DNA of 64,000 nucleotides from an uncultured Gammaproteobacteria bacterium (GTDB taxonomy: Bacteria; Pseudomonadota; Gammaproteobacteria; Steroidobacterales; Rariloculaceae). The stretch spans positions 1,796,312 through 1,860,311 of the forward strand of contig OY969712.1 in NCBI GenBank assembly GCA_963702105.1, read 5' to 3'. Positions 9,205-18,333 of this stretch are shown piece after piece. Within the stretch, counting starts at the first letter, position 1. The number at the start of each line of letters is the position of its first letter. A program made the translations under genes and the position numbers. The notes under the pieces were generated by a model. It was not told the origin of the DNA and made no database searches. It saw only the letters and a list, made by a program, of their open reading frames with translations.

Positions 9205-10467
9205 TCACGGCGAGTATGCCGCGACCGGCCGAGGGCAGTCGGAGGCCGGGTTCGCAACCGCACCGGGCGCGGAGCTCCGGGCAGCAAGCTCCCGAGTTCC
9301 CGTCACCCAGAGCCGGCCGGCGGCCGCGCAGCGGGCGCCGAAGTCGAACAAGTCCTTGACGACGTTGCGCTCGAAGTCGAGCGGGCCCGCGAACGGATAG
9401 CCCTCGGGAATATAGGCGAACTCCAGCTTGATGCCGAGGCGCTGCGCTGATGCAGCCGCGAGCTCCAACGATCGCCGCGAGGCGTGCATGAGCTGGGCGG
9501 ACAGGCTTCGCAGCAGCACGGGGCGCAGCCGATCGCGCGTCGTCGAAGGCGCCGCGATCAACTGCGCGTTGACGATCACGGCGAGCTCGCCGCCGCTCGT
9601 CGGCTCGGCGCTGCCCGGCGTCGGCCCCGCGGAGAGCTCGGGCGGAATGAAGAACGGCAGGCTCGCCCCGCCATCCACATGGAGCTCGTCATACGTCTTG
9701 CCGTGCTCTTCGACGGCAAGGCGGACGGGCGGAAACACTCCGGGCAGACTCGCGGAGGCGAGGAGGACCTCGCGAAACAATCGGCGGGCGGCTTCTCCGC
9801 CGTGCGACGCGATCGCGCCCAGGTCCCAGATCACGAGCTCCTGATCGTCGAGGTTCGTCGTCGCGACATAAAGCAGCCGGCCCTTCGCCGCTTCGGCCGC
9901 CACGGCCGCGACGAGGGGGTCGGTGACGATTTCGTCCACGAGCTCGCGCAGGGGCTTGCCGCTGTAGATCGACGGACGAAAGAGAACGCCGAGGAAGGGC
10001 CGGCGCATGACACGCTGAATGCGGCCGCTCGCGAAGATCCGCTCCACGGCGGCGTTCCAGCCCGGCCCGAGAAACGCGAGCGGCGCGAGCAGGGCGCCGG
10101 CGCTGACGCCCGTCACGGCCTCGAATTCGCGGCGGTCTCCGGCACGGCTGAGCCCGACCAATGCGCCGGCGGCAAATGCGCCCCCGGCGCCGCCGCCCGA
10201 GAGCGCGAGGATCCGGACCGGCCGCCCGCGCGCGGCGGCAGCGAGGCCGCGAAGCACGGCGTGCCTGCGAGCCGCGACGGCCGCTTCGTCGTTTGCGAGG
10301 AAGCGCACGGTCGGCGGAAACCCGCGGGGCACGGCCCGCGCGCCCGACGGTGCGGCCGGCTGTCTCGGAACCGTGGCACAGGCCGCGAGAAGGGCGCCTA
10401 TGACGAGCGCGGCCGTCGGCGGGAGCAGGCGCAACAGGGTTCCGGGCCGCCGGCTCAGCTCGGCCAC
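9205..10467 (-). CDS. Patatin-like phospholipase, probable lipoprotein
   Basis: LALSGGGAGGAF (oxyanion), GVSAG (GxSxG) and HVDGG (catalytic Asp). The N-terminus LLPPTAALVIGALLAACAT is lipobox-like. The GTG start overlaps the upstream stop. The rest of track ORF 9205..11736 is an artefactual extension. Confidence 0.8.
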   Translation of the reverse strand: MAELSRRPGTLLRLLPPTAALVIGALLAACATVPRQPAAPSGARAVPRGFPPTVRFLANDEAAVAARRHAVLRGLAAAARGRPVRILALSGGGAGGAFAAGALVGLSRAGDRREFEAVTGVSAGALLAPLAFLGPGWNAAVERIFASGRIQRVMRRPFLGVLFRPSIYSGKPLRELVDEIVTDPLVAAVAAEAAKGRLLYVATTNLDDQELVIWDLGAIASHGGEAARRLFREVLLASASLPGVFPPVRLAVEEHGKTYDELHVDGGASLPFFIPPELSAGPTPGSAEPTSGGELAVIVNAQLIAAPSTTRDRLRPVLLRSLSAQLMHASRRSLELAAASAQRLGIKLEFAYIPEGYPFAGPLDFERNVVKDLFDFGARCAAAGRLWVTGTRELAARSSAPGAVANPASDCPRPVAAYSP

Positions 10468-11612
10468 AGCCGGTGCGAGGCGATGCGCGCGCCTTCGGCC
10501 AAAGCCTCGAACTTGGCCCGAATCACCGTCGGGTGCACCTCGGTCTTGTAGCACGCCTGCGAAGAGAACCCGCAATCCGCGCCCGCGATTACGCGCTCGC
10601 GCCCAACGCGCTGCGCGTAGCGAGTCAGCCGCTCGGCGATGAGCTCCGGATGCTCGACGATGTTCGAGGCGTGCGTGATGACGCCGGGAATGATGGCTTT
10701 GTCGTCGGGCAGCTTCACCGTCTCCCACAGGTGGTACTCGTGCTCGTGCCGAGCGTTTGCACCCTCGAACGAATAGGCGCCCGCCTTGACCCTCAACATG
10801 TGCCCCACGACGTCCTTCAGCGCCGCCTCGTGGATGCGCGGGCCCTCGTTGATGCCGTAGCACGTGTGGAAGCGGACGCGCTCGGGCGGGATGCCCCGCA
10901 AAGATTCGTTGATCGCTTCGACGTAGATGTCGGCGCGCCGCGCTCGGGCCTTCGCGTCCCGCGTCTCGTCGGCGAAGATCTCCGAGAGGGCGGGGTCGTC
11001 GATCTGCAGCAGCAGGCCGGCCTCGACGATCGCCCGGTATTCGTGCCCGAGCGCCGCGCCCACGGCGTGCAGAAACTCCTCCTCCGTCTTGTAGTACTCG
11101 TTGCGGCCGATACGCGACGGCGCGGTCGCGGGGAGGAAGGCCTCGGCGACGTCGAGGCCCTCGAGCGCCGCCTTGAGATTTGCGATGTCGGCGGCGACGG
11201 CTGCGGCGCCCGTGTAGGTGACCGGTCCGACGCAGGCGAGCGGCACGATGGGCGCGACGGCAGCGCCGAGCATCGCTCGGCCGAAATAGTCGGCGTAGTA
11301 CTCGGGGAAGGCGGCGGTTTCGGCCGCGAACGGTTCGTACTTCGCGTTCGGCCGCGGCTCGAAACCGCTGAGCCGCTCCTTGGCATAGCTGAAGAACCCG
11401 GCTTTCGACATCTCGCCGTCGGCGACCACATCGATGCCCGTGTCGGCCTGCATCTTTACGGTATCGGCGACGGCGTCCGCGACCGCGCGCCCATAGGCGG
11501 CGCGGTCGTACGCGGCGCCCGAGAGCTTCGCCTTCATAACGTCGAGCAGGCGCTTGGGGCGCGGCATCGAGCCCACGTGCGTGACGAGTATGCGGTCGGT
11601 CGAAAGCTTCAC
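10455..11612 (-). CDS. Cobalamin-independent methionine synthase (MetE C-terminal domain) family protein
   Basis: 385 aa. ILVTHVGSMPRP, FHTCYG and GADCGF are typical Zn-ligand contexts of the MetE-like/vitamin-B12-independent family. Confidence 0.75.
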   Translation of the reverse strand: MKLSTDRILVTHVGSMPRPKRLLDVMKAKLSGAAYDRAAYGRAVADAVADTVKMQADTGIDVVADGEMSKAGFFSYAKERLSGFEPRPNAKYEPFAAETAAFPEYYADYFGRAMLGAAVAPIVPLACVGPVTYTGAAAVAADIANLKAALEGLDVAEAFLPATAPSRIGRNEYYKTEEEFLHAVGAALGHEYRAIVEAGLLLQIDDPALSEIFADETRDAKARARRADIYVEAINESLRGIPPERVRFHTCYGINEGPRIHEAALKDVVGHMLRVKAGAYSFEGANARHEHEYHLWETVKLPDDKAIIPGVITHASNIVEHPELIAERLTRYAQRVGRERVIAGADCGFSSQACYKTEVHPTVIRAKFEALAEGARIASHRLWPS

Positions 11613-11839
11613 GTCGTCCTCTCGATCGGTTCGAAGCGGTCTTGGAGCCCGGGGGTGATTCGATCGTACACGCCGAGTCGTCCCGCTGCATCGATCGCGG
11701 GTGTACGGGTTGGTCTGGAAACGGCGGTATCCGCATGGTCCATAATTCGCGAACGCCGCGCCGAAGGGTGAGACGAGCGCCTCGGGCGCCGCGAGCCCGG
11801 CAAGCGCGTATCGGGCCCGCAGTGTTCGGAAGGTGCTAT

Positions 11840-13171
11840 GTGGCGACGCCCCCCGCCGAGATCCGAGAGACGCCGAGCGTCGCCGTCCTAGGCGGTGGCA
11901 TCGGCGGCCTGTTCGCCGCGAACGCGCTGCTCGCGCGCGGCATTCGTGTCGCCGTCTACGAGCAGGCGGCCGCGCTGGGCGAGGTCGGCGCGGGCGTCTT
12001 CCTGACGCCCAACAGCGTTCGGCAACTGGAGCGCCTCGGCCTCGGCGCAGCGGTGGAACGCTTCGGTGCCCGCGTCGGCGGGCATTCGCGTTACCTTCGC
12101 GACGACGGCCGGGAGATCGCGCCCGTGCAGGTCACGGATTCCTCGGGCTGGAATGGCACGTTCGGTATGCACCGCGCGGATCTCGTGACGCTGCTTGCCG
12201 ACGCGCTGCCGACCGGGGTCGTCCATGTCGGCCATCGCTGCACCGGCTTCGAGCAATCCGCCGAAGGCGGCCGAATGCGTTTCGCGAACGGAGCTTTTGC
12301 CGAAGCCGATATCGTCATCGGCGCAGACGGCATTCATTCGGAGCTGCGCCCGCACGTGTTTCCGCCGTCACGGCCCGTCTTCTCCGGGTCCGTGGCGTAC
12401 CGCGGGCTCATCCCGCATGACCGTGTCCCCGAATGGCCGAGCGACCGGTGGCTGATGTGGCTCGGCAAGGGCAAGCACTTCCTCGCGTTCCCGGTGCGTG
12501 CCGGGGAGTTGATCAATTTCGTCGGCTTCGTGCCCGCGGATGCGCAGATGAAGGAATCGTGGTCGGCGCCGGGCGATCCGGATCAGCTGCGGAGGGAATT
12601 CGCCGGCTGGGATCCGCGCATCGGCACATTGTTGAAACAAGTGCGCGCGACCTTTCGCTCGGCACTCTACGATCGGGACCCGCTGCCCGTGTGGACCCGC
12701 GCCCGGTTATCGCTGCTCGGCGACGCAGCTCACCCGATGCTTCCGCACCTCGGTCAAGGCGCCAATCAGGCGATCGAGGACGGCGCGGCGTTGGCGACGA
12801 TCCTGGCAGGCGCCGACCGGGGCACGGCTCCGACCGCCTTGCTGGCGTATGAGCGTTTGCGCCGCGAGCGCGTCGCGGTGGTGCAAACGGGGGCGAGGCG
12901 GAACGGGCTGCGCTACGATTCGGCGGTCGCCGACCTGCGCGTTCGCGACGACGAGCTCAAGGCGCATGCGGAGTTCCGGCGGCGTCTCTACGACTACGAC
13001 GTGGTGCCCGAGGCGGAAGCGGTGCAAGGGACGTTGCGGCCGCGCCCCCCCGTAACGACCTCCACGCAAGGTCGGCGCGGCTCGTCGGCTGCCGGGCGAC
13101 TCCCTGGTGACGTGGCTCGGGCCCACGGCCCCCGGCGCCCAGCCGAAACGCTCGCACCGGCGGAGCCGTAG
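11840..13171 (+). CDS. FAD-dependent aromatic-ring monooxygenase (salicylate hydroxylase-like)
   Basis: VAVLGGGIGGLFAANAL (GxGxxG), ADIVIGADGIHS and LLGDAAHPMLPHLGQGANQAIEDG. GTG 11840 follows GGAAGG. The start is uncertain and the C-terminal tail is low complexity. Confidence 0.8.
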   Translation: MATPPAEIRETPSVAVLGGGIGGLFAANALLARGIRVAVYEQAAALGEVGAGVFLTPNSVRQLERLGLGAAVERFGARVGGHSRYLRDDGREIAPVQVTDSSGWNGTFGMHRADLVTLLADALPTGVVHVGHRCTGFEQSAEGGRMRFANGAFAEADIVIGADGIHSELRPHVFPPSRPVFSGSVAYRGLIPHDRVPEWPSDRWLMWLGKGKHFLAFPVRAGELINFVGFVPADAQMKESWSAPGDPDQLRREFAGWDPRIGTLLKQVRATFRSALYDRDPLPVWTRARLSLLGDAAHPMLPHLGQGANQAIEDGAALATILAGADRGTAPTALLAYERLRRERVAVVQTGARRNGLRYDSAVADLRVRDDELKAHAEFRRRLYDYDVVPEAEAVQGTLRPRPPVTTSTQGRRGSSAAGRLPGDVARAHGPRRPAETLAPAEP

Positions 13172-13211
13172 GCAGACCGGGTAAGTCTTGGCCGCGACAA
13201 CGTACAAGTCT

Positions 13212-13226
13212 GTCAAGGCTCTTGAC
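13212..13226. promoter_or_regulatory. Perfect 6-3-6 inverted repeat GTCAAG-GCT-CTTGAC overlapping a TTGACA hexamer upstream of tssA
   Basis: Read directly. It lies in the 166-nt intergenic region before the first T6SS gene. Additional CAAG/CTTG copies flank it. Confidence 0.3.
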
Positions 13227-13337
13227 AATACCCTTGGTTTGTTCAAGCTACGCTTCCATAGAAGGACGAGGACGGGTTCCCCTCGTCGGCGCGGCCATGT
13301 CGGGGGCTAACGGCGCGCCGACCAATCTCTTACGGCT

Positions 13338-14366
13338 ATGATCGATCTGACCGCTTTATTGAAACCGGTGTCGGAGGACGCGCCGTGCGGACCGAATCTG
13401 GAGTACGACCCGGATTTCGGTGAGCTGGAACGCGCGGCCCAGGGGACGCCGGAGCGCGAAATGGGCGGAAGCACCATTCCCGCCGTCGCGCCCGATTGGA
13501 ATGAGGTCTACGACAGGGCTTCGGCGCTGTTCGAGCGCACCAAGGACCTGCGGGTCGCCGTGCCGATGCTGCACGCCGCGCTGCGGCGCGGCGGCCTCCC
13601 GGCCTTCGCTTCAGGGCTGGCGCTCGTCCGGGGCCTGCTCACGGACTACTGGGAAGACCTGCATCCGGAGCTCGACAGGGACGATCACGACGATCCTACC
13701 CTGCGCATGAACAGCCTGCTGCCGCTCACGGACCGAACCCAGATCATCGCGAGCCTGCAGCGTTGCCCGCTCGTGCGGTCGAGGGCCATGGGACCGGTGA
13801 GCCTGCGCAACCTGCGCATCGCCTCCGGGGAGGTCGCGGCGGCGGCCGAAGACGGGGCCGATCCGCTCGGGAGCGCTCAGATCGAGGCGGCCTTTCTCGA
13901 CGCGGACCTCGACGAGCTCAAGGCGAACGCGGCGGCTGCGCACGCGGCCGTGGAAGAGCTAAAGGGTCTGACGAGTCTTCTCGGCGAGAAGGCGGCCATG
14001 GCCGCACCCGATCTTTCCGCGCTCGCGGCCGAGCTTCGCGCCGCGGACGCCGCGCTCGGCGCCCAGCTGAGCCGCCGGCTCGGCAACGGCCAGGCGAATC
14101 CGGCGGGCGCCGCCGCGGGGGCGCACGGCGCGCAGGGCGGCGCGGGGCCGGTCCCGGTGGGGGACATCAGGAGCCGGGAGGACGTGATCCGGCTCCTCGA
14201 CCGGATCTGCGATTACTTCCACAAAAACGAGCCTTCGAGTCCGGTTCCGCTGCTGTTGAATCGGGCCAAGGGGCTCGTCGCCAAAGACTTCATGGAAATT
14301 CTTCGGGACTTGACGCCCGATGGGGTCGCGCAGGCTCAGTTGATCGGCGGCCTCAAAGACGAGTGA
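13338..14366 (+). CDS. tssA: T6SS protein TssA (ImpA N-terminal domain family)
   Basis: N-terminus LLKPVSEDAPCGPNLEYDPDFGELERAA ... DWNEVYDRASALFERTKDLRVA is ImpA_N-like. It is the first gene of the cluster. Confidence 0.85.
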   Translation: MIDLTALLKPVSEDAPCGPNLEYDPDFGELERAAQGTPEREMGGSTIPAVAPDWNEVYDRASALFERTKDLRVAVPMLHAALRRGGLPAFASGLALVRGLLTDYWEDLHPELDRDDHDDPTLRMNSLLPLTDRTQIIASLQRCPLVRSRAMGPVSLRNLRIASGEVAAAAEDGADPLGSAQIEAAFLDADLDELKANAAAAHAAVEELKGLTSLLGEKAAMAAPDLSALAAELRAADAALGAQLSRRLGNGQANPAGAAAGAHGAQGGAGPVPVGDIRSREDVIRLLDRICDYFHKNEPSSPVPLLLNRAKGLVAKDFMEILRDLTPDGVAQAQLIGGLKDE

Positions 14367-14422
14367 GCGCATGATGCCGAGCCGGTTTGTAACTCTTCAA
14401 CTTCGAATCGCAGGAGACCACC

Positions 14423-14941
14423 GTGGCCAAGCCGAGTAGCCAGAAGTTCATCGCGAGGAACCGCGCGCCGCGAGTCCAGATCGAGTACGACGTCGAGGTC
14501 TACGGCGCCGAGAAGAAAATGCAGATCCCGTTCGTCATGGGCGTGCTGGCCGACCTTGCCGGCAAGCGCGAGGAGCCGCTGCCGTCGCTCGAGGAGCGCA
14601 AGATGCTCGAGATCGACGTCGACAATTTCGACAGCCGGCTCAAAGCGTTGAAGCCGCGCGTAGCGTTCGCCGTGCCGAACACGTTGACGGGCCAAGGGGA
14701 CCTCAAGGTGGACATTACCTTCGAGAGCATGGACGACTTCTCGCCCGCGGCGGTCGCGCGCAAGGTCGCGGGGCTCGACAAGCTGCTCGAGGCGCGTACC
14801 CAGCTCGCAAATCTCGTGACGTACATGGACGGCAAGGCCGGCGCCGAGGAGCTCATCAGTAAGGCCTTGAAGGACGAGACGTTGCTGCAGGCGCTCGCCT
14901 CGAAGCCCGCCGACGCGCCCGCCGAGGACAAAGGGGAGTAG
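14423..14941 (+). CDS. tssB: T6SS contractile sheath small subunit TssB (VipA)
   Basis: SSQKFIARNRAPRVQIEYDVEVYGAEKKMQIPFVMGVLADLAGK. GTG follows AGGAGA. Confidence 0.95.
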   Translation: MAKPSSQKFIARNRAPRVQIEYDVEVYGAEKKMQIPFVMGVLADLAGKREEPLPSLEERKMLEIDVDNFDSRLKALKPRVAFAVPNTLTGQGDLKVDITFESMDDFSPAAVARKVAGLDKLLEARTQLANLVTYMDGKAGAEELISKALKDETLLQALASKPADAPAEDKGE

Positions 14942-14947
14942 CACGCC

Positions 14948-16441
14948 ATGGCCGAACAGAAGTCAGAACAGCAAGGCGCAGTCGCCGAAAGTTTCGCCCC
15001 AGACGAGTTCGCCCAGCTCCTCAACAAGGAGTTCAAGCCGAAGTCGGACCGCGCGCGCCAGCAGGTCGAGGCGGCGGTCCAGACCCTGGCCCAGCAGGTG
15101 CTCAGCGACCAGGATCTCATCGTCGACGACGCGATCAACTCGATCAACGCGATCATCGCTGAAATCGACGCGAAGCTGACCGAGCAGGTGAACCTCGTCC
15201 TGCATCACCCCGAGTTCCAGCAGCTCGAGTCGGCGTGGCGCGGCCTGCACTATCTCGTCAACAACACCGAGACGGACGAGATGCTGAAAATCCGCTTCCT
15301 CAGCATCTCTAAGAACGAGCTCGGCAAGACCATCAAGCGCTTCAAGGGCACCGCCTGGGACCAGAGCCCGCTGTTCAAGAAAGTCTACGAGCAGGAGTAC
15401 GGCCAGCTCGGCGGCGAGCCCTACGGCTGCCTCATCGGCGACTATCACTTCGACCACAGCCCGCCCGACGTCGAGATCCTGAGCGGCATGGCGCAGATCG
15501 CGGCCGCGGCTCATGCGCCGTTCATCGCGGGCGCGGCGCCTTCGGCCATGCAGATGGACTCGTGGCAGGAGCTCACGAATCCGCGCGACCTCACGAAGAT
15601 CTTCTCCACGCCCGAATACGCGGCCTGGCGCTCGCTGCGCGAATCGGAAGACTCGCGCTACCTCGGGCTCGCGATGCCGCGGTTCCTCTCGCGGCTGCCC
15701 TACGGGTCAAAGACCGACCCCGTCGAGGAGTTCGATTTCGAGGAAGACACCGAGGGCGCCGATTCCACGCGTTATACGTGGTCGAACTCCGCTTACGCGA
15801 TGGCCGTCAACATCAACCGGGCCTTTAAGCAGTACGGCTGGTGTTCGCGCATTCGCGGAGTGGAGTCCGGCGGCTCCGTGGAAGGTTTGCCCGTGCATAC
15901 GTTCCCCTCGGACGACGGCGGCGTGGACATGAAGTGTCCGACCGAGATCGCCATCAGCGACCGGCGCGAGGCCGAGCTCGCCAAGAACGGCTTCATGCCG
16001 CTGATCCACAGGAAGAACAGCGATTTCGCGGCCTTCATCGGCGCGCAATCGCTGCAGAAGCCCGCCGAGTACGAGGACCCGGACGCGACGGCCAACGCCG
16101 CGCTCGCGGCGAGGCTGCCGTATCTCTTCGCGAGCTGCCGCTTCGCCCACTATTTGAAGTGCATCGTCCGCGACAAGGTCGGCTCCTTCAAGGAGCGGGC
16201 AGACATGGAGAAGTGGCTCAATAACTGGATCCTGCAGTACGTGGACGGGGACCCGGCCAATTCGACCGAGGAGGTCAAGGCACGCAAGCCGCTCGCGGGC
16301 GCGCAGGTCGTCGTCGAGGAAGTCGAAGGCAACCCGGGTTACTACACCTCCAAATTCTATCTGCGGCCCCACTATCAGCTCGAGGGATTGACGGTTTCGC
16401 TGCGTCTCGTGTCGAAGCTGCCGAGCGAGAAGGCCGCCTGA
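14948..16441 (+). CDS. tssC: T6SS contractile sheath large subunit TssC (VipB)
   Basis: 497 aa. HPEFQQLESAWRGLHYLV, FIAGAAP and RLPYLFASCRFAHYLK are typical of TssC. Confidence 0.95.
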   Translation: MAEQKSEQQGAVAESFAPDEFAQLLNKEFKPKSDRARQQVEAAVQTLAQQVLSDQDLIVDDAINSINAIIAEIDAKLTEQVNLVLHHPEFQQLESAWRGLHYLVNNTETDEMLKIRFLSISKNELGKTIKRFKGTAWDQSPLFKKVYEQEYGQLGGEPYGCLIGDYHFDHSPPDVEILSGMAQIAAAAHAPFIAGAAPSAMQMDSWQELTNPRDLTKIFSTPEYAAWRSLRESEDSRYLGLAMPRFLSRLPYGSKTDPVEEFDFEEDTEGADSTRYTWSNSAYAMAVNINRAFKQYGWCSRIRGVESGGSVEGLPVHTFPSDDGGVDMKCPTEIAISDRREAELAKNGFMPLIHRKNSDFAAFIGAQSLQKPAEYEDPDATANAALAARLPYLFASCRFAHYLKCIVRDKVGSFKERADMEKWLNNWILQYVDGDPANSTEEVKARKPLAGAQVVVEEVEGNPGYYTSKFYLRPHYQLEGLTVSLRLVSKLPSEKAA

Positions 16442-16534
16442 CGGCAATCGGTCCGAGCGCGGCTCTCATGACTCGGTCGAGACCGGCGCCGAGCGAAGAA
16501 TGTGCGACAAATCACCTGATCACGGAGACTACCA

Positions 16535-17014
16535 ATGGCTGTTGATGCATTCCTGAAGCTTGGCGACATCAAGGGCGAATCCGTCGCCAAGGACAAGGCG
16601 GACCAGATCGACGTTTTGAGCTGGCAATGGGGCATGAGCCAGAGCGGCACGCTGCACCTCGGTAGCGGCGGCGGCGCGGGCAAGGTCAACGTGCAGGACC
16701 TCGTCATCACGAAGTACGTCGACGCGGCGACCCCGAATCTCGTCAACGCCTGCTGCACGGGCAAGCACTACGACGAGGCCGTGCTGTCGTTTCGCAAGGC
16801 CGGCGGGACGCCGCTCGACTATCTCGTCATCACGCTGACGGAGGTCATGGTCACGAACGTGCAGACGGGCGGCCATTCGGGCGAAGACCGCTTCACGGAA
16901 ACCGTGACGCTGAATTTCGCGAAGTTCAAGGAAAGCTATCAGCCGCAGGACTCCAAGGGCGCGAAGAAGGGCGGGGCGATCGAAATCGAGTACCACATCG
17001 CCGAGAACGCATGA
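16535..17014 (+). CDS. hcp: T6SS tube protein Hcp (TssD)
   Basis: MAVDAFLKLGDIKGES...QIDVLSWQWGMSQ, 159 aa. Confidence 0.95.
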   Translation: MAVDAFLKLGDIKGESVAKDKADQIDVLSWQWGMSQSGTLHLGSGGGAGKVNVQDLVITKYVDAATPNLVNACCTGKHYDEAVLSFRKAGGTPLDYLVITLTEVMVTNVQTGGHSGEDRFTETVTLNFAKFKESYQPQDSKGAKKGGAIEIEYHIAENA

Positions 17015-17826
17015 GCGAAGCGCTCGAGCTTCTGCGTCGAGGCGATCCGGAGGGCGCGCTCGCGTCCCTGCAGGCTGCGGTGCGTGCCGAGCCGGCCGAA
17101 GCGAAGCACCGGGTGTTCCTGTTTCAGTTGCTGTCGGTGCTCGGCCAGTGGGGCCGAGCGCTGACGCAGCTCAACGTTGCGGGCGATCTCGACGCCGGCA
17201 CGCTCGGCATGGTTCAGGTGTATCGCGAGGCGCTCGGCAGCGAAGCGCTGCGCGCGGAGGTCTTCGCCGGCCGCCGCTCGCCCCTCGTGTTCGGCGAGCC
17301 CGAGCAGTGGATCGCTCTTTTGCTCGAGGCTCTGCGGTTGGCCGGGCAGGGAGAGTACGAGAAGTCGCAGGCCCTGCGCGACGAAGCGTTCGAGCAGGCG
17401 CCGGCCACGACGGGCCGCCTCAACGGCAAACCCTTCGAGTGGATCGCGGACGCCGACGCGCGCCTCGGCCCCGTCGTCGAGGCGGTCGTCAACGGCCGCT
17501 ACTATTTCGTCCCGTTTCACCGCATCGCGGAGCTGCGCATCGAGCCGCCCACCGATCTGCGCGACCTCGTCTGGCTGCCGGCCGAATTCAAGTGGGTCAA
17601 CGGGGGCGACGCCATGGGCCTGATTCCCACGCGCTATCCGGGCTCGGAAAGGGCGGCCGATCCGTTGCTGCGCTTGGCCCGCCGCACCGAGTGGACGGAC
17701 GTGGGCGGTGGCCTGTTCGCCGGCACCGGTCAGCGCATGTTGGCGACGGATGCAGGCGAGTATCCGCTCACGGAGGTCGAGAGCGTGATTCTCGGAACCT
17801 CCGGGGCGGCCGACGACGAGACCTAG
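17011..17826 (+). CDS. tagJ: T6SS accessory protein TagJ (ImpE family)
   Basis: N-terminal TPR-like LLRRGDPEGALASLQAAVRAEPAEAKHRVFLFQLLSVLGQW. ATGA overlap with the hcp stop. Confidence 0.85.
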   Translation: MSEALELLRRGDPEGALASLQAAVRAEPAEAKHRVFLFQLLSVLGQWGRALTQLNVAGDLDAGTLGMVQVYREALGSEALRAEVFAGRRSPLVFGEPEQWIALLLEALRLAGQGEYEKSQALRDEAFEQAPATTGRLNGKPFEWIADADARLGPVVEAVVNGRYYFVPFHRIAELRIEPPTDLRDLVWLPAEFKWVNGGDAMGLIPTRYPGSERAADPLLRLARRTEWTDVGGGLFAGTGQRMLATDAGEYPLTEVESVILGTSGAADDET

Positions 17827-17829
17827 GCG

Positions 17830-18333
17830 TTGGCCGAGCTCACGCCTTCGGAGAGGTTGCAGCCCTCGCTCCTCGACCGCCTGACCGACGACGAGCCGGA
17901 TCGCCAGGTCGAGTCGCGCGAGCAGCGAGTGCTTTCCGTGCAGCGGCTCAAGGCGGCCCTGCTTCGCGATCTCGTCTGGCTGCTCAACACCGGTCACCTC
18001 GAAAGCGTCGAGGACCTCGAGGGCTTGCCCGAGGTGCGCCGCTCAGTGCTGAACTACGGCATTCCGGACCTGGCCGGCCTCACGATTTCCGGTGCCGACA
18101 CGCTGGCGATCGAAAAGGCCGTGCGCGAGGCCGTGGCGGCCTTCGAGCCGCGCATCGCGCCGGGCTCGCTGCAGGTCAGCATCGAGAAGGGTGAGAGCGG
18201 CATGGGCCGCAGCGCCATGGTCTTCCGAATCGAGGGCGAGCTCTGGGCGAGGCCGACGCCGCAGGCGCTGTACCTCAAGACGGAAGTGGACCTCGAGACC
18301 GGCAGCGTGACCGTCAGCGAAGGCCGAGGATAA
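17830..18333 (+). CDS. tssE: T6SS baseplate protein TssE (gp25-like)
   Basis: LQPSLLDRLTDDEP ... VLNYGIPDL. TTG start as given in the track, so the start is uncertain. Confidence 0.9.
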   Translation: MAELTPSERLQPSLLDRLTDDEPDRQVESREQRVLSVQRLKAALLRDLVWLLNTGHLESVEDLEGLPEVRRSVLNYGIPDLAGLTISGADTLAIEKAVREAVAAFEPRIAPGSLQVSIEKGESGMGRSAMVFRIEGELWARPTPQALYLKTEVDLETGSVTVSEGRG

